Shown in pieces: positions 49,645 to 62,114 of a DNA stretch of 64,000 nucleotides; position 1 is the stretch's first letter; every line of letters starts with the position of its first letter. Below the pieces are notes generated by a model. The model made no database searches. It saw nothing but the letters and a program-made list of their open reading frames with translations, and was not told the origin of the DNA. A program made the position numbers and the translations under genes. Location of the stretch: positions 107,820,001 through 107,884,000 of the forward strand of contig NC_086107.1 of NCBI RefSeq assembly GCF_963921235.1. The letters are read 5' to 3'. This stretch comes from Mobula hypostoma (taxonomy: Eukaryota).

Positions 49645-50268
49645 TGAGGGGTGATTGATAAGTTCGTTGCCTAAGGTAGAAGGAGTCAATTTTAGAAAAC
49701 CTAGCACATTTATTTTTCAACCTAGTCCCCTCCTACATGTACACACTTAGTCCAGCGGTCGTGAAGCATACGGATCCCTTCTTTGTAGAAGTGGTTCACA
49801 GCAGGGGTGATTGATAACTTTGTAGCCTAAAGTAGAAGAAGATGAGTTATTAACTTCAAACTTCCTGCATTATCACTCAAAGAGTTGACCTGCACGTGCA
49901 CTTAACGAGAGCGTCTTGGACCTCCAGGTGATCCACAGCAGGGGTGATTGATAAGTTTGTGGCCTTGGGTAGAAGGAGATGACTTATACAGCTCTCGTTA
50001 CATGCACGTGCAGTTCAACTCTTTGAGTGAAAATGCAGGAAGTTTGAAGTTAATAACTCATCTCCATCTACCTTAGGTCACGAACTTATCAACCACCCCT
50101 GCTGTGGACCACTTTCTGGAGATCCAAGACGCTGACTTCTACAAAGAAAGGATCCGTATGCTCCACGACTGCTGGACTAGGTGTGTAAGCGTAGGAAAAA
50201 TAAATGTGCTAAGTTTTCTAAAATTGACTCCTTCTACCTTAGGCCACGAACTTATCAATCACCCCTCG
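49645..50268. mobile_element. Mariner-derived foldback MITE inside a Tc1-derived element (49612-50630)
   Basis: TA-flanked TIR (c/t)gaggggtgattgataagttcgt.gcctaaggtagaaggag. Transposase C-terminal remnant FYKERIRMLHDCWTRCV. Confidence 0.85.
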
Positions 50269-50864
50269 TATACTTGTTCCGTAATGTAAATATCTAATCA
50301 GCCAATCATGTAGCAGCAACTCAACGCATAAAAGCATGCAGACATGGTCAAGAGGTCCAGTTGTTCAGACCACACATCAGAATGGGGACCTTGGCTGAGG
50401 AATGATTGTTAGTGCCAGTTGGGTTGATTTGAGTATCTCAGAAACTGCTGATCACCTGGGATTTTCACACACAATTGTCTCCAAAGTTTACAGAGAATGG
50501 TGTGAATAACAACGAGCGGCAGTTCTGTGGGCGAAAATAACCTTGTTAACGAGAGAGGTCAGAGGAGAATGGCCTGACTACTTCAAGCTGGCAGGAAGGT
50601 GACCGTAACTCAAATAACCACGTGGTGTGCAGAAGGGTATTCATTGCCCACCCCTTAAGAAGGCAACAATAAGCCACCTTCTTGTATCACTGCTGTCTGC
50701 AGGGTGAAGGTGCACAGACTGTGCTGTTGTTGGGCATGCTGTCATAATCACAAACATGAGGAAGTCTGCAGATACGGGGAATTCTGCAGATGCTGGGAAT
50801 TCAAGCAACACACATCAAAGTTGCTGGTGAACGCAGCAGGCCAGGCAGCATCTCTAGGAAGAGG

Positions 50865-50906
50865 TACAGTCAACGTTTCAGGCCGAGACCCTTCGTCAGG
50901 ACTGCA
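50865..50906 (-). ncRNA. Minimal type-I hammerhead ribozyme motif in a Penelope-type repeat (50774-50901)
   Basis: UGCAGUC-CUGACGA-AGGGUCUCGGCCU-GAAA-CGUU^-GACUGUA. Confidence 0.65.
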
Positions 50907-51944
50907 GATGCTGGTGTAGGTTGTTGCAAATAAAATTACATGAGGTGTTTTACGTTTAAGAAAAACCGTAACCACTCATTTACTGAGCACGAAGCGCGGT
51001 AACAGAACATCACCTAATTATGTCATCACCCCAGACCAGTCTCTTAAAGTGAACCCCAACTTAACGTCAGTGGTTGTGAATTATGTACACTTCCACCAAT
51101 TACATTACCTTACACTGGAAATCCAAAGCGACACACATAAAATGCTGGAGAAACTCAGCAGGTCAGGCAGCATTTCTGGAAAACAGTAAACAGTGGACAT
51201 TTTGGGCCAAGGTCCTTTTCCAGGACATAATCATTTAGTGAAACTAAAGTGTTCTGGTTCTGTATTCATGCATAGGCCCATCTGGGTATTTCTTTTCCTG
51301 ATGGATATTAAAGAACCAGGTGGGATTTTACAAGAATCCAGTAATTTTGCAATCATTATTAATATTGACTTTTAATTCCAGATTTATTTAATTCTCCATC
51401 TGCCATGACAGTATTTGAATATTGTTCCAAACTGTCAGTCTTGCCCTTTGGTTTACTAGTTCAATAACATAACAACTTTGTTACCAAGTCAGCAGAGTTA
51501 TCTGGAAACTTTATATGATAACTTTATTAGCAGCTCCCTCGTCTTTGACCTGCACTGTTTGTTCTGGACTGATCTTGTTACAACTGAGAACGCTTGTAAA
51601 ATGAAGACGCAAATAAGGGAGTGAAATTTAGGGGCCTGGTTCTGATATCAGGAGAATGGCTATACTGTAGGGAGATATTGTTCCAGTCATTCTCTTACAG
51701 CAGTGGTTCCCAATCTGGGGTCCCTGGACTGTTTGTTTAATGGCATTGGACCATGGCATAAAAAAGGTTTGGAACCCCTGGCAGTGGAAGGGTCACCTTA
51801 ACTTCAAAACAAGTGTTAATATATCATCCAGCAGACACGATGGGCCAAATGGCCTAATTCTGCTCCTATATCTTATGGGTTTATCCAGTTCCAAATAACC
51901 AGACTGAAATTAGTTTATCCATTTCACCCAATTTAGTTGTTTAC

Positions 51945-52515
51945 AGTCAGAATTGGGTTTAATATCACCTGCATATGTTGTGAAATTTGTTAACTTTGCG
52001 GCAGCAGTACAATGCAATACATGATAATAGAGAGAAAAAGAAAACTATGATTTGCAGTAAATATATATATTAAATTGTTAAATAAGTAGTGCAAAACAAA
52101 ATAGGAAATAAAAAGTAGCGAGGTAGTGTTCATGGGTTCAATGTCCATTCAGAAATTGGATAGCAGAGGGGACGAAGCTGTTCCTGAATTGTTGAGTGTG
52201 TGATTTCAGGCTCCTGTACCTCCTCCCTGATGGTAGCAATGAGAAGAGGGCATGTCCTGGATGGCGGGGGACCTTAATGATGGATGCCGCCTTTTCGAGG
52301 CACTACTCTTTGAAATGACCTGGATGCTAAGGAGGCCAGTGCCCATGATGGAGCTGACTAAGTTTACAACTCTCTGCAGCTTACTTCGATCATGTGCAGT
52401 AGCCTCCACCCCCCCACCCTCCATACCAGACGCCAGTTAGAATGCTCTGCATGGTACATCTGTAGAAATTGTCGAGTGTTTTGCTGACATACCAAATCTC
52501 CTCAAACTCCTCATA
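51945..52515 (-). mobile_element. Rex1/Babar-type LINE 3' fragment
   Basis: ATAHDRSKLQRVVNLVSSIMGT. Confidence 0.8.
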
Positions 52516-52974
52516 AACTGCTGTATATTAAGAACCAGCAGATGGGGAGCATAACAGTTTTCTCACTGTGACCTTATCTCCAACCCTGTTGTGTGGAATT
52601 TGCATGTTATCCTGGTTTCTATATTGGTTTCCTCTGGTTGCTCTGGGTTCCTCCCACATTCCAAAAAATGTGTTGGTAGGCAGATTGCTTGTCTTCTTTA
52701 AGTCACCATCTGTGTAGCTTAGTGACAGAAGAATCAACAATGTTTATGGGAAAGAAAAGTTTACTCTGAAATGTGATACAACTGGACTGATGTGTTTGCT
52801 CAGAGAGCTACCATGGATTCAATGGGCTGAATAGTCTCCTATGTCATAGGCAGAGGTTTCTAACCTTTTTTATGCCATGGACCAATACTATGAAGCAAGG
52901 CGTCCATGGACCACAGGTTGGGAACTCCTGGTTGTAGGAAAAGATGAAGAACTGACACTAAACAATTTGCATTT

Positions 52975-53300
52975 AATATGCAATCACAATGGCTGTAAGA
53001 TTGACTTTGATGGGAAAAAGCTACTGTGCCGTGCCAGTGGCTTTTGGGAGCGCCTGGTGAAGGAAGCCATTGAAAGAAGACTAGAGAAAAAAAGATTTTA
53101 ACAAAGATAACAAGGTGGCAGAGTGGAAACCTGATTGGTTGAGAATTAACTAATCAGGAGGGAGGGATGATGGGGTATAGATACCACCATTCGAGACATG
53201 CCCAGGCATCATCCCTGATGAAGGTGACAGAGTTTGTCACTGAAACATCAGTTAAAATCAGTACCTGTACCCGACTGGAAGGGCAAGAATAGTTTACTCA
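52975..53300 (+). mobile_element. Second Penelope-like family: GIY-YIG C-terminus + terminal repeat with hammerhead core
   Basis: KIDFDGKKLL...FWERLVKEAIE remnant. CUGAUGA-A-GGUGACA gaguu UGUCACU-GAAA-CAUC at 53215-53249. Confidence 0.65.
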
Positions 53301-55165
53301 AAGATAGAGAATATTGGGGACACTGCACAGATTAGGCAGCATCAGTGTAAGAGAGAAACATGTTTCAGGTCAAAGGACCTTCATCAAAGCTGATGCAGAT
53401 TATTGTAAAGTAATGATAGAATAAGGCTTCCCTGATACCTTCTGAATTTAATTTTTATTTTATTCACTTAGATATTAAACATTGTGGCCCTTCCAGCTCC
53501 ACAAGCTACGCCTTTCAGAAACCCACCTATTTAACGCAAGCCTAATCACAGGACAATTTACAATTACCAATTAACCTACTAACTGGTATGTCTTTGGACT
53601 GTGGGAGGAAACCCACGCAGTCACAAGGAGAATGTACAGCTCCTTCCAGAGGGCGCCGGAATTGAACAACGTCCGAGTTGAAATGATGTCACGCTAGTGT
53701 GGCGTCCTGATCACAACGATGTTACGTCAATGGATGGGCAAGCCAGCGGCTCGGACTAATGGTCCAGAGATGAGCATCAGTGACCTAAAATGTTAGTCCT
53801 TTTCTTTCTTCACAGATGCCGCTTATTTCCAGCGTTTCCAGCTTCTATTTTGGAGCGTTGTGATAGGTTACAGAAACAATTACCTGCAAAGTTGCTTGTA
53901 TCGAACTACCTCTGGCTGGGAGTTAAACTTCCTCCACCAGGTCAATATGGCTAGGCTGTATGGATTTCCAATTTTTCAGATTTTAAGTCAATGATATTTA
54001 ATTCTATCTTCCTTCTAATTCTATATTTCAGATTTCATGTACATCAAAACAGATAGTGAAATGTGTTAGAACATAGAACATAGAAGAGTACAGCACAGGA
54101 ACAGGCTATTCAGCCCGCAGTGTTGAGCCGAGCCAGCTGAAAAGCAAATCAAAAACACCTACTCCGTGTCCATATCCTTCCATCATCCATGTGCCTATCC
54201 AAATGTCTCTTAAAAGCCTCCAACGTTATTGCCTCTACAACACCAGTCAGGGCATTCCAGGCATTCACCACTCTCTGAGTAGAAAACTTACCTCTCACAT
54301 TCCCTTTGAACCTTTCATCTCTGGGAAACTCTCTGTCCACTCTATCGATGTCGCTCATAGTCTTGTCAACCTCTATCAGATCTCCCCTCAGCCTCCGACG
54401 CTCCCGAGATAATAGCCAACGCGACGTAAGGATGTGATGGGGCCTGCCCGCAAGTGTCGCCACACATTCTGGCGCCAACGTAGCCTGCCCGCCCATGCTC
54501 GGCAGAGCAACACATAACACAAATAACACAGAGCACAGCAAACAACCAAACAGCACTGGCAAAGCAAGTGCCTTTCCTATCTCCAACCCAAACTCACAGA
54601 CAGTCCTCCCACTCCGGGACAGTCCTCCAAGTGTACCGGCTTCGACCATCGGGCTATAACTTCTGGACCGCCGATCAACCTTTGGGCTTTGGTCCAAAAA
54701 GCACATCAAGAAATAAAAGTAGGAAATCCTACCAACATAACCCAAAATATTTTGCTGTTTTTCTTTCCGCAGATACTGCATGACCTGCAGAGTACCCAGC
54801 ATTTTCTCTTTTTTTTTCAGATTTCCGGTATTTATGATTTCTTTGCATAGGCAAGAGGTACTAATTCCAGAGGGAATATTGATATAGGCTAATCTGATTA
54901 CCTTCAGAGGTTAAGAAAGTGGTCTGGGTGGATTAATAAATATTCTACTCTTTTAGCAGGAGGCTTTCTACATTTCAGGTCAGATATACAGTCCATTGCA
55001 GAGAAATATGGAGGAAAAGGACAGATGAGATTGCCTTGAGAGCTTTCATAGACTCAATGGGCTGAATGGCCTCATGGGGAAATATAACAAATTGGGACAG
55101 CAAGGAACACACATAAAAGTTGCTGGTGAACGCAGCAGGCCAGGCAGCATCTCTAGGAAGAGGTG

Positions 55166-55203
55166 CAGTCGACGTTTCAGGCCGAGACCCTTCGTCAGGA
55201 CTA
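55166..55203 (-). ncRNA. Minimal type-I hammerhead ribozyme motif in a Penelope-type repeat (~55105-55210)
   Basis: UAGUC-CUGACGA-AGGGUCUCGGCCU-GAAA-CGUC^-GACUG, fully intact. Confidence 0.7.
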
Positions 55204-56211
55204 ACTGAAAGAACAAGAGGAAGCTTTACTTTTGTCTAATCCTTGTGCTTCCTACCTTGAGAGTGCTCCATGGGGTAGTTTGGAGGGAACCTTATGTAAT
55301 TTGGACTCTTCTTTGCCATGGGATAGTGTGAAAGGGACAGTCCAGGAGGATTATTCTCTGTCCGTAATAGAAGTTTCATTTGATATTTGATTGCTATGGA
55401 AATTTGATGGGTTAGCGGTTCCAGTGGTTTAATTTAATATCAGAGAATGTACACAGTATACAACCTGAAAGTCTTACTCTTCACAGACATCCACGAAACA
55501 AGAACCAAAGAATGAATGACAGTAACATCAGAAACCCAAAGCACCACCTTCCACCAACTCCCCCACACAATCAGCAAGTAGGGAAAGATTTAACCTGTGT
55601 CTAAACAGGTTCTGCTTGCATTGGGAACATTTGACAGGATGGAGAAGGAAAATCAGACAACAAGAACTGGAGATGCTAGAAGTCTGAAATAAAACCAGGA
55701 AATACTGAAAACACTTAGTGGGTCAGCTAAGATTTATGGGAAGAGAAAGCAAATTAATTCTAACTGAAGATCGCTGACCTGAAATAATAAATTTGTTTCT
55801 TTTTTTCACTGATGTTTTGTAGCATGCTGAGTTGTCCCAACCTTTTCTGTTTAATTTGACAGGACAGGGTTGTGTCGAGGGAACTCTGCTCTCTAGCTAA
55901 TTGGTGCTGTGCTTCCCATGGGGTATTTATGCTGGAGTCATTGAAATTCTTCTTTTCGCTAATCAAAATAGTAACACTTGGGATAAAAATTGTTCAGCCG
56001 CAAATTCAAATGAAAACTAGCATCACAATAGGAATGAAATGTCAAAAATGAAAAACTCATTAATATGTAAAAGCTACAGTTTGTTTGTTGCTCATTTTCT
56101 TGTTGTGGGCGCAATTGGCAGGGCTGCTGTTTGCCACTCTCCCCGCTGTCCTGACAAGGTCACTGTGAACTGAGCCACCACAGAGGACAGCTGGGCAAGG
56201 CTGGAGCCATA

Positions 56212-57828
56212 CACACTCAATGGCTACTTTATCAGTTCATCTAATAAATTGGCCCTCAGAGGTGGAATCCGGTTGCTGTAGCCCATCCACTTCAAGGTCT
56301 GACGTGTTGCGAGTTCAGAGATGCTCTTTTGCACGCCACTGTTCTAACACATAGTTATTTGAGTTGCTGTCACCTTCCTGTCAGCTTGAACCGTTCCCCT
56401 CTGACCTCTCTCATTGACAAACAAGAGAAAATATGCAGATGCTGGAAATCAAAGCAACACGCACAAAATGCTGGAGGAACTCAGCAGGCCAGGCAGCATC
56501 CATGGAAAAGAGTGAACAGTCGGCATTATGGGTCGAAACCTTTCATCAGGAGTTCTGATGAAGGGGTTTGGCCTGAGATATCAACTATTTATTCTTTTCC
56601 AAAGATGCTGCTTGGCCTGTTGAGTTTCTCCATATTTTGTGTGTATCTCTCTCATTAGCAAGGCATTTTCCCCCACATGATTGCCATTCACTGGATACCG
56701 TTTTTGTTTCTTGCACCATTCTAAAGCATTATCACCCTAACCATGGACTTTGTACTCCCCTTCTATCCGGTACAGGAGCCTCTGCTCCCACACCAGCAGA
56801 CACAGGAAGAGCTTCTTCCCTGAGGCTGTGACACTGCTGAACCTCACATCACAGCGCTAAGCAGTATTGCACCCATATTGTACTGTCTCAGTACTTTTAT
56901 ATTTGCGTGCTGTAGCACTTACTTTTTATTCATAGTTATTTTGTAAATAATACTCTTCTTTTGCACTTCTGGTCAGATGTTAGTTGCATTTCATTGACTT
57001 TGTATCTGTACCCGGCACAATGACAATAAAGTTGAATCTAATCTAATCTAATCTAATTCTCTGTAAACTCTAGAGACTGTTATGCGTGAAAAATCCTCGG
57101 AGATTAGCAGTTTCTGAGATACTCAAACCAGCCCGTCTGGCACTAGTAATCATTCCACAGTCATAGTCATTCAGATCACATATCCATAAGACCATAAGAT
57201 AAAGGAGCAGAAGTCGGCCATTTGGCCCATCGAGTCCGCTCCGCCATTCCATCATGAGCTGATCCATTCTCCCATTTAGTCCCACTGCCCCGCCTTCTCA
57301 CCATAACCTTTGATGCCCTGGCTACTCAGATACCTATCAATCTCTGCCTTAAATACACCCAATGACTTGGCCTCCACTGCCGCCCGTGGCAACAAATTCC
57401 ATAGATTCATCATCCTCTGGCTAAAAAAATTTCTTTGCATTTCTATTCCGAGTGGGCGCCCTTCAATCCTTAAGTCATGCCCACTCGTACTAGACTGCCC
57501 CATCATGGGAAACAACTTTGCCACATCCACTCTGTCCATGCCTTTCAACATTCGAAATGTTTCTATGAGGTCTCCCCTCATTCTTCTAAACTCCAAGGAA
57601 TACAGTCCAAGAGCGGACAAACGGTCCTCATATGTTAACCCTCTCATTCCCGGAATCATTCTAGTGAATCTTCTCTTTCCCATTCTGATGTTTGGTCTGA
57701 ACAACTGAACCTCTTGACCATGTCCACATGCTTTTATGCATTGAGTTGGTGCTATGTGATTGGCTGATGAGAAAGTTGCTTTAACGAGCTGGTGTATAGC
57801 TGTGCCTAATTCAGTAGCTACTGAGTAT
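56212..57828 (-). mobile_element. Tc1-derived element with three nested insertions
   Basis: Decayed TIRs at both ends. Contains a Penelope palindrome at 56416-56646 (TSD CTCTCTCATT), a Rex1-type tail at ~56725-57055 and a CR1 at ~57183-57675. Confidence 0.75.
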
Positions 57829-58669
57829 AAACCCAGACCGTACATGTTCCCGCATCTAAGAGGAAGCTATGAAGTAGTGGCTTTTTAGTTAAAATCCAAC
57901 AACTAAATTGCCAATTTCGTTTGTAGCCATCTTTTAAAATTGACTTCAAATTCTAAAACTCCCAAAGTAGGTTTTGAATATGCTTTCTTGAGATTAGTTT
58001 AGACCAATGTAATTAAGTTAGTGTGGTTTTGTTATCCAGGGAGTGCATTTTATGCACAGCCAGCTGCACATGCAATAATGTAATAATGACTGAATACGCT
58101 GTTGATTGAAGCTCAGACTCTGAGAGCTCCCATGCTTTTCTACCATGGGTCCTTTTAAGCCCACCTGAGAGTGCAAAGGGGCCCTTGGTTATGCATTCAT
58201 TCTGGAACGCCGTTCCTGGAAATGGAGAGGCACCTGTTTAGGCATGCCATGAGTGAGGGCCAACCGCTGGAAAATTCTGCAGGGACACGAGACTCAGAGC
58301 GTCGTGTAATTCTGTACGTGCCTCACACCCAATGGCGTTGATACTCTCTGCCATTTTAACAGATATGAAAGAAATTAGACAAAACTGAGACTAGGGCGTG
58401 GTTGGTTGCAAAGGGCAAACATCCTGGGGTAGTGGGGGTAAGACCAGGTACCAGAAGGGGGTTAGGGTAGGAGTCTGGGGCTAAATGGCATACAGAGAGT
58501 GGTTGATCAGCAGAGAGTTGGTAGCTGAGGCAATCAGTGGTCAAGGGAAGAACTAGTAGCCAGGGTGGTTGGTAGGTTGTTGAGGATGGAGATCGTGTTG
58601 GCAGTCAAGGAATGTTCACGATGGTCCGTTTGAGAGGCTTGACCAGGCCTTAGTCTCCCTGAAGCAAGA

Positions 58670-59415
58670 GACACCTCCTCCCTCACCTCCATTTAGGGCC
58701 CCAAACAGTCCTTCCAGCTGTGGCAGCACTTCACCTGCAAATCTTCTGGTGTTGACTATTGTGTCCAGTGCTCCCAGTGCGGCCTCTTCTATATTGGAGA
58801 GTCCCGTTGTAAACTGGGGGACCTCTTCGACGAGCATCTCGCAACATCTGCCACAAGCGGAACTTCTTGTTAGCCAAACATTTTAATTCCCATTCCCATT
58901 CCTCTTCCAACATGCCAATCCATGGCCTCCTCTTGTGCCAAGATGAAGACACCCTTAGGGTGGAGGAGCAACACTTATATTCTATGTGGGTACCCTCCAA
59001 CCTGATGGTATGGATATCGATTACTTCTTTCAGTGAACAAAATTTCCCACCCCTCCTTCCCCTACTCCCCACTCTTACTTCTTCTCACCTGCCTATAACT
59101 TCCCCCTACGTCCCCTCCTCCTTCCGTTTCTCCTGTGGTCTGCTCTCCTCTCCTATCAGGTTCTTTCCTATCCAGCCCTTAACTTTCCCACCCACCTGGC
59201 TTCACCTATCACCTTCCAGATAGCTTCTTTCCCCTCCCCCCTCCATCTTTTAATTCAGGCATCTCTCCCCACTTCTTTTTCAGTCCTGAAGAAGAGTCTG
59301 GGCCTGAAAAGTCAACTGTCTACTCTTTTCCATCGGTGCAGCCTGACCGGCTGAGTTCCTCCAGCAATTTGTGTGTGTTGCTCTGGATTTCCAACGTCTG
59401 CAGAATCTCTTGTGT
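58670..59415 (+). mobile_element. Penelope-like element 3' end (GIY-YIG endonuclease, UTR, hammerhead-bearing repeat)
   Basis: YCVQCSQCGLFYIGE, AKHFNSHSHS...GLLLCQDEDTLRVEEQHL; cagtcctgaaga...gaaa at ~59281-59320. Confidence 0.8.
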
Positions 59416-60914
59416 AAGAGATGGAGGAATCCATCCCTGCAGAGAGGGCATGCCTGGCACATCGGCTTGTCACCTAGAGCCTGGAAGGAGAACCTCGGGC
59501 ACCTGTCAGTAAATCCCCAGATCACATTTGACATTGGAAATGTGGCATAGGGCGGACATCTCTGATAGTTCAGTGCTCATTCAGTGCTGGGCTTCCAGAT
59601 CTGATTCTAGTCTGAAGCTGTCAGTAGATGAACCAGGTGGGAGTTGTCTTTGAGCTCTTTTGCCCAGAGTTCTCGGTCTCACCCCTGGAATTGTGGAGGG
59701 GATCTCAGTTTCCAATAACCTCAAGGCAAAGCAAAATTGCGACTTGCTACAGATTAAAATGTTGCACACAGGTCTCGACTGTCAGTTTACAAACCCCATC
59801 TTGAGGACTGATTGCTGCTTAATTGACACTTCAAAAGCATCATTACACCACTGACAACTTACAGGGCACTTTCATCGTCCTAAGGCGATTCACAGGAGGT
59901 GTCGTCAGACAGAAATCGACTTGAGCCTCAGACAGAAATATTGGGACAGGTGATCAAAAGCTTGGCCACGGGGGGGGGGGGGGGCGGAATGCCTTAAACA
60001 ACGAGAGAGAGATTGGTGGAGAGGCTTTTGGAGGGAATTCCAAAATCTAGGGTCTCAACAGCTGAAGGTATGGTTCCCACTGGTGAAATGGCTAAATTTG
60101 GGCTACTTAAGGTGAACTTGACCGAGTGCAGAGAAGTTGGCTGGTTGCAGGGAAAGAGCAGGTTTTATATATATTGTATGAGGAAGTGGGAAGACCATGG
60201 AAGGGTTTGAAAATGAGGTATTACAGATGGGAGTCAATCAAGTTAAGAAGATCTTGATCTTTCCTAGCTCTTGAAAGAGGATTAGGAGAAAAATGCTCAT
60301 TTAGAGTCTTGGCCAAAGCAAAAAAAAAAGGAATCCTTTAACCTGAAGGCAATCCGGGTAACTTCTGTTGGCCTTGGTTCTATCTATACATTCACAATTG
60401 GAACATTTATAATGATGTCCAAGGTTACAGAGAGAAGGCAAGGGAAAGATGGTCAAGAGGGAAAATAAATCAGCCAGGATCAAATGGTGGAGAAGACCAA
60501 ATGGGCTGAATGGCCTAATTCTGCTCCTCTGTTTTATGACGTTATGGTCTAACCCAATGCCGTGATGCAGCAGCACAATCTGAGGTTTAGTTTCAAATGA
60601 TCTTTCAAAAGGGAGATGATTCTGTTTAATCAAGTTGTGAGATGTATTATAATCTTAACAAATTGGGATCCTATAGACTTGTAAAATCATGAGCTCCAAT
60701 AGACCGAACCAGGCCACTTAACCACTGTCATGCAGTTCAGTCTTGACGGATGCTTTTTTAAAAATACCTTAAAACTTGTAACTGATTAAAAAATTCTCAA
60801 AGTTCAAAGTTTTAATTGATCCTCTTCCTCGAGGGAGAGGATTCCAGAATTCTGCCATCCTTTATGTGAGGGAGAGATGCCTGACATCAACTCTGAATGT
60901 ACCGCTTTATTAGA

Positions 60915-61367
60915 TCGTGAACACGGCCCAACACATCACACCAACCAAACTTCCGTCCTTGGACTCACTTTACACCGCACGCTGTCGGAGCAGTGCTGCC
61001 AGGATAATCAAGGACACGACCCACCCAGCCAACACACTTTTCGTCCCTCTTCCCTCCGGGAGAAGGCTCAGGAGCTTGAAGACTCGTACGACCAGATTTG
61101 GGAACAGCTTTTTTCCAACTGTGATAAGACTGCTGAACGGATCCTGACCCGGATCTGGGCCGTACCCTCCAAATATCCGGACCTGCCTCTCGGTTTTTTT
61201 GCACTACCTTACTTTCCATTTTTCTATTTTCTATTTATGATTTATAATTTAAATTTTTAATATTTAATATTTGTAATCCAGGGAGCGGGAAGTGCAGAAT
61301 CAAATATCGCTGTGATGATTGTACGTTCTAGTATCAATTGTTTGGCGACAATAAAGTATAAAGTATA
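60915..61367 (+). mobile_element. Rex1/Babar-type LINE 3' fragment
   Basis: LPSLDSLYTARC...IIKDTTHPANTLFVPLPSGRRLRSLKTRTTRFGNSFFP. Confidence 0.85.
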
Positions 61368-62114
61368 ATTAAGATTATACTCATCGTTCTAGCTATCTTT
61401 TTCCCCAACCAGATGAAATAGCTACTCTCTGACCAAATGAAATAGCTGCTCTCTATCCAAAAGAACAAATGAATACAGTTGCTGGAAACCAGAAATACTT
61501 AGCAGATCAGGCGGTGTTTAGAGAGAGAGAAGCAGGTATTAATGCTTAAGCTCATCAACTATCATCAGAGATATATGATATCTCTGGTATAGGGATAACT
61601 GAGGATTTATTTATCTATCTACTTTCCATCTATCTATCTATCTACCTATCGAGACACAGTGTGGAATAGGCCATCCCAGTGCTTCGAGCCACGTCGCCCA
61701 GCAATCCCCCAAATTAATCCTAGCCTAATCGCGGGGCCATTTACAATGACCAATTAACATTCCAACCAGTACGTCTTTGGAATGTGGGAGAGAACCGGAT
61801 CATCCGGAGGAAAACCCACACGGTCACGGGGAGGACGTACTAACTCCTCACATGCAGCGCTGGGAATTAAACCCTGGTCGCTGGTACAGGTAAACCATTG
61901 TGCTAACCACTACACTACGGTGAAATGGAGGTGGGTGAGGGAAATTGAGAAGTATGGCTGGCGTTATGGGAAGAGGTAAATCTCATACCCTATCATATTA
62001 TCGTTCTCTCTACACCCAAACCACCTGCCCACTTCCTCTGTGAGCTATCTGATCCAGTAGCTGCTTCAGAGATTTGTTCAAAGCTTCAGGCTGAATTACC
62101 CAATGTTGCACTGA

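Noticed and set aside
49645..50268. CRISPR-like repeated ~35-bp unit
   Set aside because: The units are mariner TIR copies in both orientations with non-unique spacers, in eukaryotic context with no cas genes.
54149..54802. 217-aa minus-strand ORF
   Set aside because: Chimera across several repeat fragments, ending in a CR1 C-terminus.
57276..57845. 189-aa minus-strand ORF
   Set aside because: Fortuitous fusion of a Tc1 MITE and an inserted CR1 fragment.
59970..59987. Poly-G run as functional G-quadruplex
   Set aside because: Isolated homopolymer inside a decayed repeat with no supporting context.
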